A stretch of 63,166 nucleotides of DNA, counting the filler, from Pelomyxa schiedti (lineage: Eukaryota; Protista; Evosea), in the NCBI GenBank assembly GCA_020536535.1. It is 10 parts of 10 records of this genome, joined end to end, with 100 filler letters (N's around TTAATTAATTAA, not from the genome) between each part and the next. Parts side by side here need not be neighbours in the genome. Positions count along the whole stretch, not along the records: positions 1 to 4,129 come from JAHLWZ010001639.1; positions 4,230 to 22,382 come from JAHLWZ010001121.1; 8 more parts are not named here. One strand, 5' to 3'. The notes under the pieces were generated by a model, which worked only from the letters and a program-made list of their open reading frames with translations, ran no database searches and had not been told where the DNA came from. Both the position numbers and the translations under genes were made by a program. Each line of letters begins with the position of its first letter. The stretch's first letter is position 1. This document shows, piece by piece, positions 1 to 13,700 of the stretch.

Positions 1-1278
1 TTTTTTTACTCACACGTGGGGTAAGTATTGAGGGACATTATATTGGGTATCACTGGTGAGAAGTTTATGCAAGAGCTGTTCAGACCCCAGGAATTGTACA
101 CCCTCCCTGGCACACGTTTGGTTTTTGAGCGGCTTGTTAACACCTCTGCAATGAACCTCAATGCCCAAAGTATGGACAAGGTTTGACTTTCTCCTGTATC
201 CTTCTTCTATTAATGTGAGGCAAACAACAATAGCTTTTTGACGTAATGCTGGTAATACATTTCACATCCCTATCTTCCCTGTAACGGCATCAAAGATGTC
301 ATTTAAATATCAAGTGATGTCTGCTTGCTGTGCAGATGACCTCGCGTCAATAAGTTCAAACCACATTAAGGCAATGATTCAAATGGTTACAGTAGATACA
401 CCTCTTGTCCAAGTTCTTGCGTCATTGAGCACCAAAATTACCGTCGTATGTCCGGACTTTTCTTACATTAATTGACTTGATGTAAAAAGGACTTTGCCAA
501 GCTCACTCCTGGGGATGCACTAGAGCTGCGGATGTCACTTCTTCAGCTTCTTCAAGATAAAAAAGTCAAAGTAACTTATCTTGAGTGAAATTTGTATAAC
601 TAGTGATTCTCACATAGGTTTCTGGTCTTTTGTTAGCATCGAAGCAAACTCCCAAGGGAACATTATTGCGTGATGCAAATGTTCCTTTGGACAAATTCAC
701 TGAGGTTCCCGGGACAATAAGGTTGATATAATTCATACCTTCCTGTCAATGATAGTACTTGGAAGATACTTTGATTTCCGTGGTAACGTGATAAAAACGG
801 ATTACTTTACCGTCTCCTGTGAACTAGCTGAAAGAGCACCTAATTATTCCACCTCTCTCGGCACAAACATGTCTGCCTTTTTCTGCTTTTCCCTGCAGTC
901 TATCTCATTTCCATAGCTAGGTACTGTACAAATACCACACCCCAACCCACAATCGAACCACCCAAGGTAAATAAAGCAATTTTACATCACGCTGCATCAC
1001 TCACATTTCGAACAGGCTCCCTCCCCCACTGCCTCACCAACCAAACCCGAAATCAGTCCATCTGCAAGTCCCACGTATGCTCACTTATGTATCTAATAAC
1101 TCCAAAACAAACCCACACCCCAAATTCCAAAAGGGTTCCCTCTTCACCTCAGTCAAAAGCTGCACCAAAGGCTGATGTTACTACCCTGAGAAAAATATCA
1201 CAGGACCTCAACAAGAACAGCCCTGAACTATCCAAGTTTGCAAACGACCTTGTTGACCTCATAGCAAAAATGTCATAA
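1..1278 (+). CDS. OSCP1: OSCP1-family protein (organic solute carrier partner 1), 5'-truncated, multi-exon
   Basis: Exons read MQELFRPQELYTLPGTRLVFERLVNTSAMNLNAQSMDK / LFDVML / MSFKYQV, matching the OSCP1 core ELFKPQ..SMDKLYDLM..FKYQ. Pro-rich tail; stop at 1278. Confidence 0.8.
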
Positions 1279-1329
1279 ACAAAAAAGGTGAAGGCCTTTT
1301 GTTGAAATCAAAAAAACAACAACAAAATT

Positions 1330-4102
1330 TTACATAAGGCAGCAATCGTCAGCCTTTGGTTTTTTGCCAGTGGCTCTCTCATAGTCTTCAACTTGCTTCA
1401 GATAGGATTTGGGTGGCCTATGTTATTCACAGTTTAGTGTTTTGCAATTTTGTTAGTGGGCTGTTTACCATTGGTTCTCTTCAACATAACTGCGATCAGC
1501 GTCACTCAGTGTCTTGAACTCCGGCCGGCGGCTCATTGGGCCGTAGTTGGTGCACAGGAACTAGTGGGGATAAGTTGGATAAATGAACATAGAGCTTTAC
1601 GTGTTTGAGAAAAGCCACAAGCTGCTCGGCAGAGTTGGATTCGGCCATGGTAAGCATTCCACAAACATCGATCTGGGCCCGGAAAATATCATCTCGGGTG
1701 GCAACTTCAACCGCCTTGGAAAGATAGAGTTCACACAAAGTGACAAGGCGCGGCATTTTATAGCGGTGTGCCACGCAGAGAAGTTCTATTTTATCAGATG
1801 TATCAATTGGAGCATGGCCAGTGTACAAGTATTCTGTAAGTGCAAATGAGTGGCGTGGCGGAAAGGAGTTGTGATTACCGAGGAGGGCGAGAAACGTATT
1901 CGGAGAAGAGTCACCTGGGATTTATGTTAGAAAAGAAAAAAGAGAATGGAAATAAGATACTTATACTAAGTTCATTTGTTGAGACATCTATGCGTCCTGC
2001 TAGAACACTGCATCGGGTGGTGACGATTGCCTTTTAGAGCGTTATTCCTGTTTGGGAACCCAATAGACACTACCTTATGGGCTGGAATTTTAGTACCACC
2101 AACTGTATTTTGTGTTAAATCCTACTAACGAGGAAGTACTGGTAGGTTTGTACCTGTAAAACTCATATCGGCAAATATTGGTTTGTTCACAAAGCTGAGA
2201 GATGCTACATGCCCGAACTCATCATTGAGCCAAGTGCCTAAAGTTTGTTTTAACGCATAAAAGTGGGAGAGCTTGGATGCTCTACCAATACTAGGATTAA
2301 GATAGTCCTCATCATTGGTTACATTGCGGCAGATTGTGGCAAGTTCCGTTAGTTCCAACAATTCTTGGTAAATTAGAGGTGCGGGACATGTGAATATGCA
2401 AGTCACCTGCCAGCATCATGATGTCTGGTATGTTCTCGTCACCTTTTCCTGAAATGGATACACAGCCTGTATAGAGAAACTCTAAAATGCGCAGTAATAC
2501 AATGCCTCGCACAGACTCACTGATGCGGATGAGAACGTGAGAAAGAATGACAGAGTGTCATACGCCATGGTAAAGGTGGTGCGTTTTACTTGATTTCCGT
2601 GTACATCAACGGTCACTACAGTCTGAATACAAGAAAACGCTGGAGACACATAACTCCTGCGTGGGGCTGGGGGTCTTGCGGCAGATCTTGCTATTGGGAC
2701 TAATACTGCTGCCGGCTGAGCACTTGCATCCCCATCTGTGGAGATTAGTTGGCATAGGAAGGAGTTTGTTACTTTTTTCAAGGAAAGCTGTTATCTGACT
2801 TCGAAGGTTATCTGGCCATAGGTTATATGTGAAGTATGGGATTCAGGGTCAAAAAATCGCCTACAGTTTGGAATCAAGGTTTTTCCCTCCAGTTTACTTC
2901 CTTGCGTACAGTTACAAATACAGTGTCAGAAAGAAAAAAATACCAGTCAAAGGAGATGTATCATGACCTACAAACCAGGCACCAATGGAAGCTTGCGAAC
3001 TTGGTGAGATCTATTACGTTACTTATATTTAAAACCTCTGTCGTAAGTGTGCCCATCTAAGGCAATAACAGGGTCTTTAATCTAGTTCTGTATTGGTTCA
3101 AGTTAAATGGAATGGACCAAGATTACCAGTTCTAGTGTTATAGGGTCTTTGAACTCTTCGGGCATTGTGGGGAGAGACACTGGTGTGGTAACTGGTGGCG
3201 CAGTTGCCACTGGTTCTGTGGTTTCTATTGGAAGAGGATCTCTGGGGTGAAGTAAATTTCAGGCAAGTATAAAAGGCACAACGTTTGTCTCCATTGGTCA
3301 GCATAATCAACTAAAATTTGTCTAAACACTTTTGATGCACACGACAATATAATAGAATGTGCTGGGTATGTGCTGCTGCCACATCTAACCAACAGTTATG
3401 AGATAGTATTGCATGGAAACTCCAACTGGAATTCAACATCAGAAAAATCTCTTCTATTCACCATCTTCTTCAGATCCTCAGAAAATGTGCTTGTTAGGAT
3501 ATTGATCCAAGGCGCAGGGATGCCCTTAGGAAGAACTGGTGGTTGTGGAACTGCTCCCGCTGCTGCAGTTTTTTTTGCCTTCGAATGTTTTGCCTTCGAG
3601 GCAGCGCTAATAAAATTAGCCAGAAATGAAACTGGTTTTGTAGTTACGGGGAAAGCGCTGCCCGAATTGCAGTATCAAATACTATTTCGGATTAAGAGCA
3701 ATGGCATTTGTGTGGCAACAAACCGTTCTTCAATCCTTTTTGTGTGAGAGAACTGCACTCTACATAAGCAAATGCGTTGATGGCTTTAGCCATTGCTTCA
3801 CCTTGTTCCGTTGTTATAGGAACAGCATGGAGTGCTACAATGAGCCAAATGGCGTTAGTGGAAGCCAAATAATGAATACGCAACTATGGGGCGGATTTTC
3901 CCTCAGATCAAGTTTCGTCCCAACCAATAAATATCTTATAAAAAGTTAGTGGTAATTAAGAACTGTGAAGATACGGTGTTGAGGCAGCATGGTGATTGAT
4001 TTCTGGAACCCATTTTTCCCGCACATTTTCAAAGGATGGTGGGGAGACTAAAGAAAAGCAGACTAAGAATATATCCGTTTGTGGGTAACTCAGAGGTCTC
4101 TG
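1330..4102 (-). CDS. RhoBTB/RacA-like atypical Rho GTPase (Rac domain + BTB domains), 5' end cut by contig edge
   Basis: Rac motifs [43 protein letters not shown] and [14 protein letters not shown]. Pro-rich linker, then BTB motifs (LEFLYTG; [26 protein letters not shown]). Ends [11 protein letters not shown]. Confidence 0.88.
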
Positions 4103-4129
4103 AGGAGCCATTATTTAGTGAAGCAGATT

Positions 4130-4229
4130 NNNNNNNNNNNNNNNNNNNNNNNNNNNNNNNNNNNNNNNNNNNNTTAATTAATTAANNNNNNNNNNNNNNN
4201 NNNNNNNNNNNNNNNNNNNNNNNNNNNNN
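4130..4229. other. Artificial contig spacer (N44-TTAATTAATTAA-N44). Identical spacers at 22383, 24114, 25282, 27402, 54661, 56451, 57736 and 61640.
   Basis: Identical 100-nt linker with stops in all six frames. Adjacency across spacers is not biological. Confidence 0.98.
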
Positions 4230-4383
4230 AGTTGTCAACCCACAGGGAGTGCGTGAAGCTGCGCGGTGCATGGCACCCTGGGGTCCGTGGTTACAGTAAT
4301 AGATCAAGTTCTATTTATTTTCTTCTGTTCTTTTCTAAGGGAGAAAACCCAAAAAGGTTTCAACAACCAAAAACGGACAGATT

Positions 4384-6599
4384 TCAGAGAAACTGGCTTT
4401 CAAACCCAACACGCTCTGCTGAACTTGAATCGTCAGGCCAATACTTGCCACTATTGTTATTTGCGAGGAGGGCCACGTTTTCGGGGTCTGTTTGGTTCGT
4501 TGAGACAGTATTAATACCTGCAACCTAATCAAATCAAGTGTGAGTGTCAGTAGTTGGGATGTGGTTGGTGACCTGTGTCCATGAAGTCTTGGCGAGAACG
4601 GTTATAAGCAGAGCGGCTGAAACAGCATCACTGAGGGCGATTCCACACCACAACCCTGCTGATGACAAGCCGGCGGCGAAAGCAAGAGCCACACCTCAGA
4701 GTGTTAGTGCACGAACCAAAGAACACTGTCATACCAAGGGGAATTCCACACAAGTAAAATGCAATTATATTCAGTATCACACCAATGGTTGAGTGGTTGG
4801 TTCCCCGTATTGCTGCACCACTTACGATTTGTACACCATCAACTACCTAGTTTTCTTACGAAGAGAGACGGAGACTCAATAGTACCATCACTGCTGAGAG
4901 AATGGGACTATATAAATCAAACATATAAATCATTTCCTCGTCCGTTGTAAATAAATGTGCTAGTGGATTCCGGCACAACAACAGTAATATCCCACATATA
5001 ATTTCTATAACTTGACGTGATTGTAAGGGATTAACAGATCACTTGGTACATTTTACTTGTACCTGTGTTGAGAAGAATAGTCAGCCAGCACGATAGTTTT
5101 GCCTGGCTTGGATTATTGTTTCCCAGTAACTGCGAAATTCTTGTACAACTTGCCAGCCCAATACCACTTGGAACCATATACAAGATATAATATGTATTCA
5201 ACAAGAGGGTGTAGACAGCAAGCTGGTTTGTAATTACTACTGAAACTAATCCATCCCACTTTACCTCCAACGTTCCCAATAATCCGGCAATGAATGTCAT
5301 AATTTCGAAACCCCATCTGGATCAAATTTCACTTCTTGATTGGGGCTCTGCACTTACCCTTCAACACAGAGCATTAAAGCCCCTTTGTAGTAAGGTTGGA
5401 AGACCTCAAGACCATTGAAAACTTACCGGGAATTGCAATTTTAAAATAAGTTCCCCAGTCACTGCTTAGGTTAGTTGAAAGCTGTGTGGGTAATTTTCAC
5501 AAACCACATGCACCCTGAAAATCCTTTGGGCCAACATTTGATCCTATTTCCCATGAAGAACGTGTACCTTGTCTGTGTCAATGATTCTTCATTTCGCTCT
5601 TGGTAGTACTTACCCCACAATTCCCAGGAATTGCATCCAGTAAACAAGTGATAAACCAACAGGACATCTTCTCTTGTGAGGAGCGAATTGAAGGGTGAAG
5701 GGTATACAATACCCCAGGAACCCAAGCGGAGTAAATAGCACAAGACACAGCACAGTGACTAAGAGCAGTGGCAGTGATACTGCCAGAATTACAGTGGCAG
5801 GAAGTACGATTGATTGCGCTTGCAACCACCTCCTAATAACCTCAAATTGGAGTGCAGGCCATAGCCCTAGAATCATCCACCTGAAGATGTAAGAGAAATA
5901 GCCTCTATCACGAACCTTGTAAACTGTCCTGCCATTTTGGAGAGAACAGGATCCTGCCCAAGGGCTAGGAGAATGTATTCCACAAAAACCCAAATAACTA
6001 TACTCCATAAGGTTAGGCTGACTCAATGGCCTAACCTGTAATCGGCACGCAGAAGATACTGATTATAATTGAAGCTCTCATTGCAATTCGGCCAACTGAC
6101 TTGAAGTTCCCTACCATAACAACTTATAATTTAGACTCTGAGGAGTGAAATACCTGCCCCCCACGCTTGGGCAGCCAATGTATCCACGCCTACAAGTAAT
6201 CCGAAACCGAGAGAAAAGCTGCTACTAGTTAATTTCAGAATCTTGGAAAAGGTTTTACCCCAGAATGCTTGTAATTCCAAAGGCCAGTGAACTGGCAGCA
6301 AGCTCTGACGCGCCAATGTGGCCCTGTGATCAGTCTTAGTCAGCACAATACTTAAGCATGTATGCACCAGTATAAAGAGACACATTATATTCATTGCCAT
6401 TTCTAGAAAATAGCCAACAGAGAGCGGCCAAGCCAGCCTACAGGGTGTGCGTAACTCCGCATTTATAAAGTGGGTAGGGGTACCTCAGAACTTCCCTAAT
6501 CTCTCCTCCAAAGATCTTCAACTTATCCCAGTGTTTGCTTAAAGTGCAAAATACCACACTGTTTCCTACTACCTCCCCATGGATGCATGTCCGTGACAT
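4384..6599 (-). CDS. MATE-family efflux transporter, multi-exon
   Basis: EIREVLRLAWPLSVG, GFGLLVGVDTLAAQAWGA, RRWLQAQSIVLP and LYMVPSGIGLASCTRISQLLGNNNPSQAK; many TM segments. Ends approximate. Confidence 0.88.
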
Positions 6600-6738
6600 T
6601 TTTTTTTCAAAAATGAGTTCTTTCTTGGATCTTGGGTGTGTTCCCGAGTCCGGGCAAAGATGTCACTGTGGAACAAAATAAATGTTACTTGTTTGTAAAG
6701 TTCTATTTAATTTATCTTTCACAAAAAAAGGTGCTTAT

Positions 6739-8235
6739 TCAGCTATAAGGGCAAGACTGGGGTGAATCATCTGGTGGTGTTTGAATGGAGAACGAGACCT
6801 CAGATAAGGTAGTCCCATCAACAAGCGGTACTCCCTTCATTGTCACTTGGTACTGTAATGTGTTGGTTTATTCTAGTAACTACAAAAAGGAGGAAAAGGA
6901 AAACATACCGTAGCAGAATACTTCAGGGGGACATGTGGCCTGACTGTGACCATTCGGGAGTACCCAATACCACTGAACACACTGCCGGAAACGCTGTAGT
7001 CACTGACTTCGACGAGTTGGTCATTGTCAACCAGATAAAGCTTCACTGTGGAATTCAAGGTGGGCTGAAGAACACCTATGCCCAGGTAGGCAGCAATGAC
7101 ACAGTTCAGATCACTGGGATCCACGGTTCTTCATTATAGTTACTTTCATCCTTCAAGAGGAAATCGCCGCACTTTAAATACGATCCAGGGAGAGGGCTGG
7201 TAGTCAAGATAATGTCCGATTCAACCTTGAACGTACCTAAAACACTCAGGAAAATTGAGAAAGAGAAATTCAGTAACCTTTTAGTCGTTTATATAAGGCT
7301 TTCAAGTACTTTGTTGTTGCAATAATCTCACTAGCAATGCTCCCTGGTTCACAGGGATCCAAAACTGTCTCGGCAATCCATGGTTGATTTTCCTGAGAAG
7401 CCATTACTAATGGAGTTGGAAGTACATAGACAGTACCTCGACCCACTGATCTGTTTTGCGAGATAATATTTGACTGGTTTCTATCCAAATGAGATTTGCT
7501 TCCGTATCAGCAAGCTGGATAGCATCCGAAGGAGGAACCACACCCAAGCTTTCATAGATAGGGGGAAGCTGCTCCAGGGGAATGTACAAAGGTGGTTTTG
7601 GAATGCGGGAGGAATGGTTCGCGAGGAATGAGTCTACTTGGACATCCACTGCGGCATCCTTTGGATCGATATCAATAGTGTAAGTGTACTTTCAAGTTGA
7701 TAAAATGGACCCATACATCAGCAAGCTTCACAGCATAAAGAGAATCCCACGCTTCATCCTCAAAGCCATGGCAGGCACTGCCAAAAAAGAAGGAGATTAC
7801 TTCTGATCTCGTAAAAGAAGCTTGCATCTGTTCAATGGATGATTGCACAAATGGTTCCCAGTGAGCAGTCTCTCCCCAAGTATCATTTTGGGGTGGTATA
7901 TAAGCTGCCAAAGATAGGAAAAAAAAGGAGTAAGAATAGCAAAGAGGTTATTCCCTTTGGGAACGTTACCTCCATCTGGGTATATTGTGCCTACCAAAGA
8001 AGCATTTAAGTTTTCAGTCATTATCTTCTTGAGTTCTCCTTCCTCCAAATCTGCAATGGCCTGGAGCCACAGGTAAAAATTTGCATACAAGTTTCAACAG
8101 AGATAGAGGGGAGAAAAAAAAACCACTCAAACTAACATTCGAAGTTGTATATTGGTGAGTAAATCCTCCATGACAGGAGACGCCGGACTCCCACAACGAC
8201 AGGGCCAAAAAGACCACCCACAAGCGAACCGACAT
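6739..8235 (-). CDS. Secreted zinc-dependent phospholipase C / GPI-PLD-like protein
   Basis: Signal peptide, then HGGFTH, GTIYPDGG, GETAHWEPF and GSACHGFEDEAWD (Zn-PLC/GPLD1-type ligands). Beta-rich C-terminal region. Confidence 0.62.
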
Positions 8236-8621
8236 CCTGAGTTTTTCCCTTGTGAACTTTCACATCTTCACTCTCATTCGGAAATTTCGGAACTTCACTG
8301 TTTGTTGGGTCTTCGGAACCTTAACTTCAGACTTGACTCACCTGAACTCAAAGGGTGACCTTCGACAGTACTCTTCCCCTCCCTTTCCCTTCTCGCTGTA
8401 AACTCCTCCAAATCACCCTCCCAATCCCATACCAAGTAAACATTGCTAGTAACCAAAAAACATTCGAGCCGCAAAAAACAACAGAACAAACAACAAAAAC
8501 GCCGAAAAAGAAGAGAATAGGCAACCAGCAACCCAGCACCGCGTCGCCCGCGGCTGCTGCCACCAAGACCTCCTCGTCCTCGTCCCCTTCCCCAACCAAA
8601 TCTGCTTCTGCCTCGTCCGAC

Positions 8622-10547
8622 ATGGCGTCGTCGTCTTCGCCTGGTGGCAAGGGCTCCAGCAAAAACATGCCGCTGCCGAGCCTCGTTCCCAAACCCATAA
8701 CTGCATCTTCGTCCTACGTCCAGGCTCAGGCTCCTCCCTCGACGACACCAAACGCGCCTGCTAGTGGTGCTTCAGTTGGTGTCAATCAAAGTGCCAGTGC
8801 AACTGCGAATACAAGTGCTAGTGCAACTGCAACTGCGAATTCAAATACTGCAAATAGTGCAAGTACTAGTACTCATTCTGGTTCTAGTGCTAGTGCTGGT
8901 TCTGTTAATGTCACACCACCAAAGCATGGTTCCATTGATGTGGATGAGGAACTACGCCGGTTTGTTTGTGATTCATTCACCCCTATTTTGCAAGCCCATT
9001 TTTTGTGACAGGATGCGTGAGATGGAGGAGGAGCAGTCTCGTAAATTTATTATGGAAATGATGGAAGCTGAACAGAGAGCAAAGGAAGGCAATCAACCAG
9101 CACAACAACCACCACAACTTGCTCCGCCACCCCAACAACAAGCCACTGGAACACCTGTGCCACCCCCACTCACTTCACTACCTGATGATGTGGAAGGCTT
9201 TGAAGTAATCCCCCCAGAATTGGTACAGGACGGACTCCTCTACCAAAAGTCTAGGTACTCAGTGGCCCATTACTTGCCCAACTAAGCATTTACAGAGAAG
9301 ATGAAGAGCGAGCAAGTCAACAAGCTATTTTGGCTCTCCTACGTGAAGAAGCTGAAGAAGAGCGTCGCAGGTAACAGGACATGTGCTCATCTTTCATATT
9401 ATCCACACGAAAAAGGAAAGCTGAGGAGTCGGCACAGGAGGAGGCAGCTTTCAAACTCTTTATACAACAGGAGCAGAGAGCCAGACAGGCCGAACTTGAT
9501 GCCATGAACTATCGTACCTTACCCCCCATGCTAAACTTGTTTTATAAACTGTTGCAGCCTGTGCAATTTGTGGAGACTCTTTTAAGATCGACAACATGTT
9601 TTCCCTCTTCATCTCAATTTTTTCTGAAAAATATCTCAAAAAGCTACATTTTGGAGGAATGCTTTCACAAGTTCTGTGTGGAGGTAATTCAGTATTGTCA
9701 CGATCATCTTCTTATACTCCCAAAAGTGTCTTGAAGGGCATTTTACCACTCAAATTACAGACGGGAATGTCAGAGAAATCAAATGCCCCCATCCCACTTG
9801 CAAACATGTGATTTCTTATGCCGAGGTTCCTGTTCCTTTTTCCCCCGATCCCTTGAATGATTGTCTAAGGTACGACACATTGTTAAAAACAAAGACTTTG
9901 ACAAATTTGACACCTTTTTGTTGAAATCTGCACTGGACGAAGATCCCAATTGCCGGTACAGTTTCATTAGGCAATCTCGAACTTACCTTCAAAAGTTGGT
10001 GCCCACGTGGATGTGGAAGTGCAATGATAGGTACACCACTGAGCCCAATGATGAGATGCCCAAATCCGAAGTGCAACTTCTGCTTTTGTTTCAACTGCCG
10101 GGATGAGGTCAGTTCCACTTTACAGCCCGATTTTTAAAAACAATTTCTGCAGTGGCACAGTGATGCAACGTGTGCCCAGTATCAGCAGTGGAAAAAAGAT
10201 AACAGTGAAGCTGATGCCAAGTTTGCCAAGTGGGCTGCGGAGCACACAAAGGTCTGCCCCAAATGCAAAACTAACATTGAGAAAAATGGTATTGTCTAGA
10301 AAGACATCCTTAAATTTAACTTCTCTCTTCAGGTGGTTGTAACCATATGTAATTCTCTTCCCACTACTCCATCCTTATTTTATTGAAATTATACACAGGA
10401 CGTGTAAGAAATGCAAACATGAATTCTGTTGGCTATGTTTTGGTGATTACAAGGTTTGAATCTTACAAAACCGAAAAAATGCCCACTCACATTCTCCAGC
10501 CAGGACATTTCAACACTGGGCCTTGCAATGGCAAACAATTCACCTAG
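8622..10547 (+). CDS. RBR (RING1-IBR-RING2) E3 ubiquitin ligase, Ariadne/RNF144-like
   Basis: RING1 CAIC..CFHKFC..C..CPHPTC; [25 protein letters not shown]; RING2 [30 protein letters not shown]. Stop at 10547. Start uncertain. Confidence 0.9.
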
Positions 10548-10741
10548 CCCCAGAACCTAATATTATTAATAACCACAAAAACCGTTGGCGAAATCAACTA
10601 GGAGATACCAGATATACCCACTCACAAATCAAAGTATCTCCCGAACCGATCCAGAAAAAAATGAATTGAAATTCCTGGTTTCGATAAAAAACAACAAGTC
10701 AAAAAGTTACAAATTAATTAAGCACCGGCGTTTGCATGTGC

Positions 10742-13700
10742 ATGGGAGACGAGGAGGCGTCACGTCACGAAAGTGACCCGGACGAAGATCTCGAGATCCA
10801 CAGGATCCAATGCGACCACTACGGTAGGTATAAAAACAAAAATAAACCAACGGCCGTGCGTAGTTGTGTTATTTCTTTGTTGTGTTTTGCATGCTTTTTC
10901 GTTGGTAAACAGACCGTGTGGGTGTGTGTTTAATTCAATATTGGAAAAGACATGAACGACTATGATGACAGCAAATCGCACAACAACACATCTGATTGCA
11001 GCACTGAATGCTCGTTGGAGGGAGGAACCCCCCCAAGAATTATTTGTGGTATTGTTCGCCGTTTGACAGCACTTTATTCTTATGGACTGGAATTGCTTGT
11101 AGGGGAGCCAGACGTTGCAGCTGTAACACTTGAGACAATGTACTCGGCACGTTTGTTTTTCCCACAAGACCCATTTCAGGGGGCTGTATGCCACATTTCT
11201 GATCAGCGTATGCTTCTATACCACTAGCTCCTTTCCCCCAGCATTCTCTGAAGAAGACAACAGTTTCAATTGAACTGGTGGGAACTGGTTCATGCACTGT
11301 TACACAATTTCCTTCGTACTATTACTACGAACCTTCTTCCGACGACGCCATGGAATACAACATTAGTCCGTGGAAGGAGAAGCCTATTGACATATATGCA
11401 AAAAGCCCAACCCCACCGTACACAAACATTTCATCATCCTTACAACAATTGGAGGACCCAAACATTCCTTCAACTTGTGCAATCACACGCAGTTTATTTC
11501 AGCACAATAGACTGCCCATCTGTCTTGCCAAGGTGCGAACGTCATGTTTCCTTCTCTCTTTAACCAAGTTGTAGATCCAACTTGAATTTGTGCAAGAAAC
11601 TCTTGAGAGTTTTCTTTCAAAAATTCAACTTCCGGGCCTCATTCCAACCCTCAAAGCTCAAGACATCACTACACTCACTACCCTGTGTGCTGTGACACAA
11701 GCCCAATTCGAAGAAATGAGAATTAGTATTGGGAATCGAATTAAGATTACTTCTGCACTGCGTCAAGTTTCCCTACCTCGAGTTGAACCTGTGAGCCCAT
11801 TCCCCTTGAATTTAATAGTTCATTTTCGCATAGATATGTCTCTGTTTGAAGGCTAGTGAGATCGATGTCTTCTTCAACCGGATTCAACTGTCCTCGCTAT
11901 TTCCTTCATTTACTGCAGAAGACATAACGTCCCTCACTTTACTGCAAGACTTGTCACCAAATGACTTTACCAACCTCAAAATATCCATTGGGCACCGCAT
12001 CAAGATCCAGGAAGCTCTTGCTTCACTTGTAATATCCGACTCGGTACCTTCACCTCCCCATTCACCACCAGTCCTCGTCATGTCATCAACAAGAGCCCCC
12101 TCCCCAGGAACCCCTTCACCACTCAATTTTTCTTCGGCACAGTTTATGTTATCAGCAGCAACGCCCACTATTCCCTCACCTCACCAACTTCCAGCATGTT
12201 CCACACCTCTCCATGCACGTAGGGATATCTCTCCTCCTCCAGTTAATCCTCCCACTTCGTTTTTTTCCTCAGCGTCGTGTTCAGCAACACAACCGGGACA
12301 GGAAGGCGTGGTTTTGACTGGCGTTGTAGTGGACTACAGTCGCCCCCTTGGAAAGGGTTCCTTTGGGACTGTTTGGATGGTACACTTACTCTCTTCTTAG
12401 TGATTAGTTTGACATGACATTATTGGTTTCACTTACAGTCATAGGGGACATGGTTTGGAAGTATTGTAGCAGTAAAACAAGTGCTGGCCACAGATGACCT
12501 AGTAAAAGAAGTAGAAGTAAACAGGTCAGAACAGAGACATTCACCACTATTTTTCACCTCACTTTTTTTTAGGAGGCTAAATCACCCTCATTGCTTGCGT
12601 TGTATGTATCTCTATTCCACTCCTTGTGAATTGATGGTTTTATAGACTACGGTGTATGGTACAACAACAACATACCCCATATGGTTCTTGAGGTATTCCC
12701 ACTGCTAGTAATGCCCATCATTAACCATATTGTGCAGTTCATGGATGGCGGAGACCTCCATACATTTCTACGGAACCATAAAAAATCTGGTGGCACCTTG
12801 CCACCTCTGGACTTGCTCCTTATGGCCAGACATGCTGCTTGTGGTATGATGGCAATGGAAGAGCAACATATTGTGCACAGAGGTAGACAGTGTTTCTAGT
12901 GTAAGTGAGTCTTATGTACATCAGATCTGGCGGCCAGGAATTTGCTAATATCTAAGAATTCAGATGGATTTGTTGTCAAAGTAGGACCTCCGTACTTATC
13001 CCAGCACTTGTTTATTGCACTGTAGGTGGGTGATTTTGGTCTATCAAGGCCAACTGTTGATGGAATATACGAAGCTTCAAAAAGTAAATTCCCAGTCCGC
13101 TGGACAGCACCAGAGTGTGCACTTGATAAAAAGTTTACGACCATGTCTGATGTATGGAGCTATGCAGTGACTTTGTGGGAAATTCTCACCCATGGAGAGG
13201 TACACTCTTAATGCTAAGGGAACTTCCCAATGATAATTTTTCTGGTAGATACCATATTCTACCCTCTCCAATGACAAAGTGCTTGTCTCTATACAAACGG
13301 GCACCAGACTAGTGATGCCGCCAAATTGCCCCTTAGCTGTGTACTTGATGATGAAACAGTGCTGGGATATGTCACCGCACCATCGCCCCACATTCCGTTC
13401 TATCTTCAATACACTCACTGATGTAATGGACCAGATCAGTAAGGCACCAACACAAAATCCCACATCTCCACCCCTTCAGCACAGACTGAGCACATCAGAG
13501 TCACCTCCTGTTTCAAATACAAATGCATTCAACGTGCAGTCCTCACCAATGCAAATTCCCAGTCGCCAGCCTTTAATGTCATCATCGCCAGCACTATCAG
13601 CATCCACCTCAACTGCATTATCAATATCCGCTTCAACACCTACATCAGCACTATCAACCTCATCAACCTCAACTTCAACAGCAACAACTGTTACAACCTC

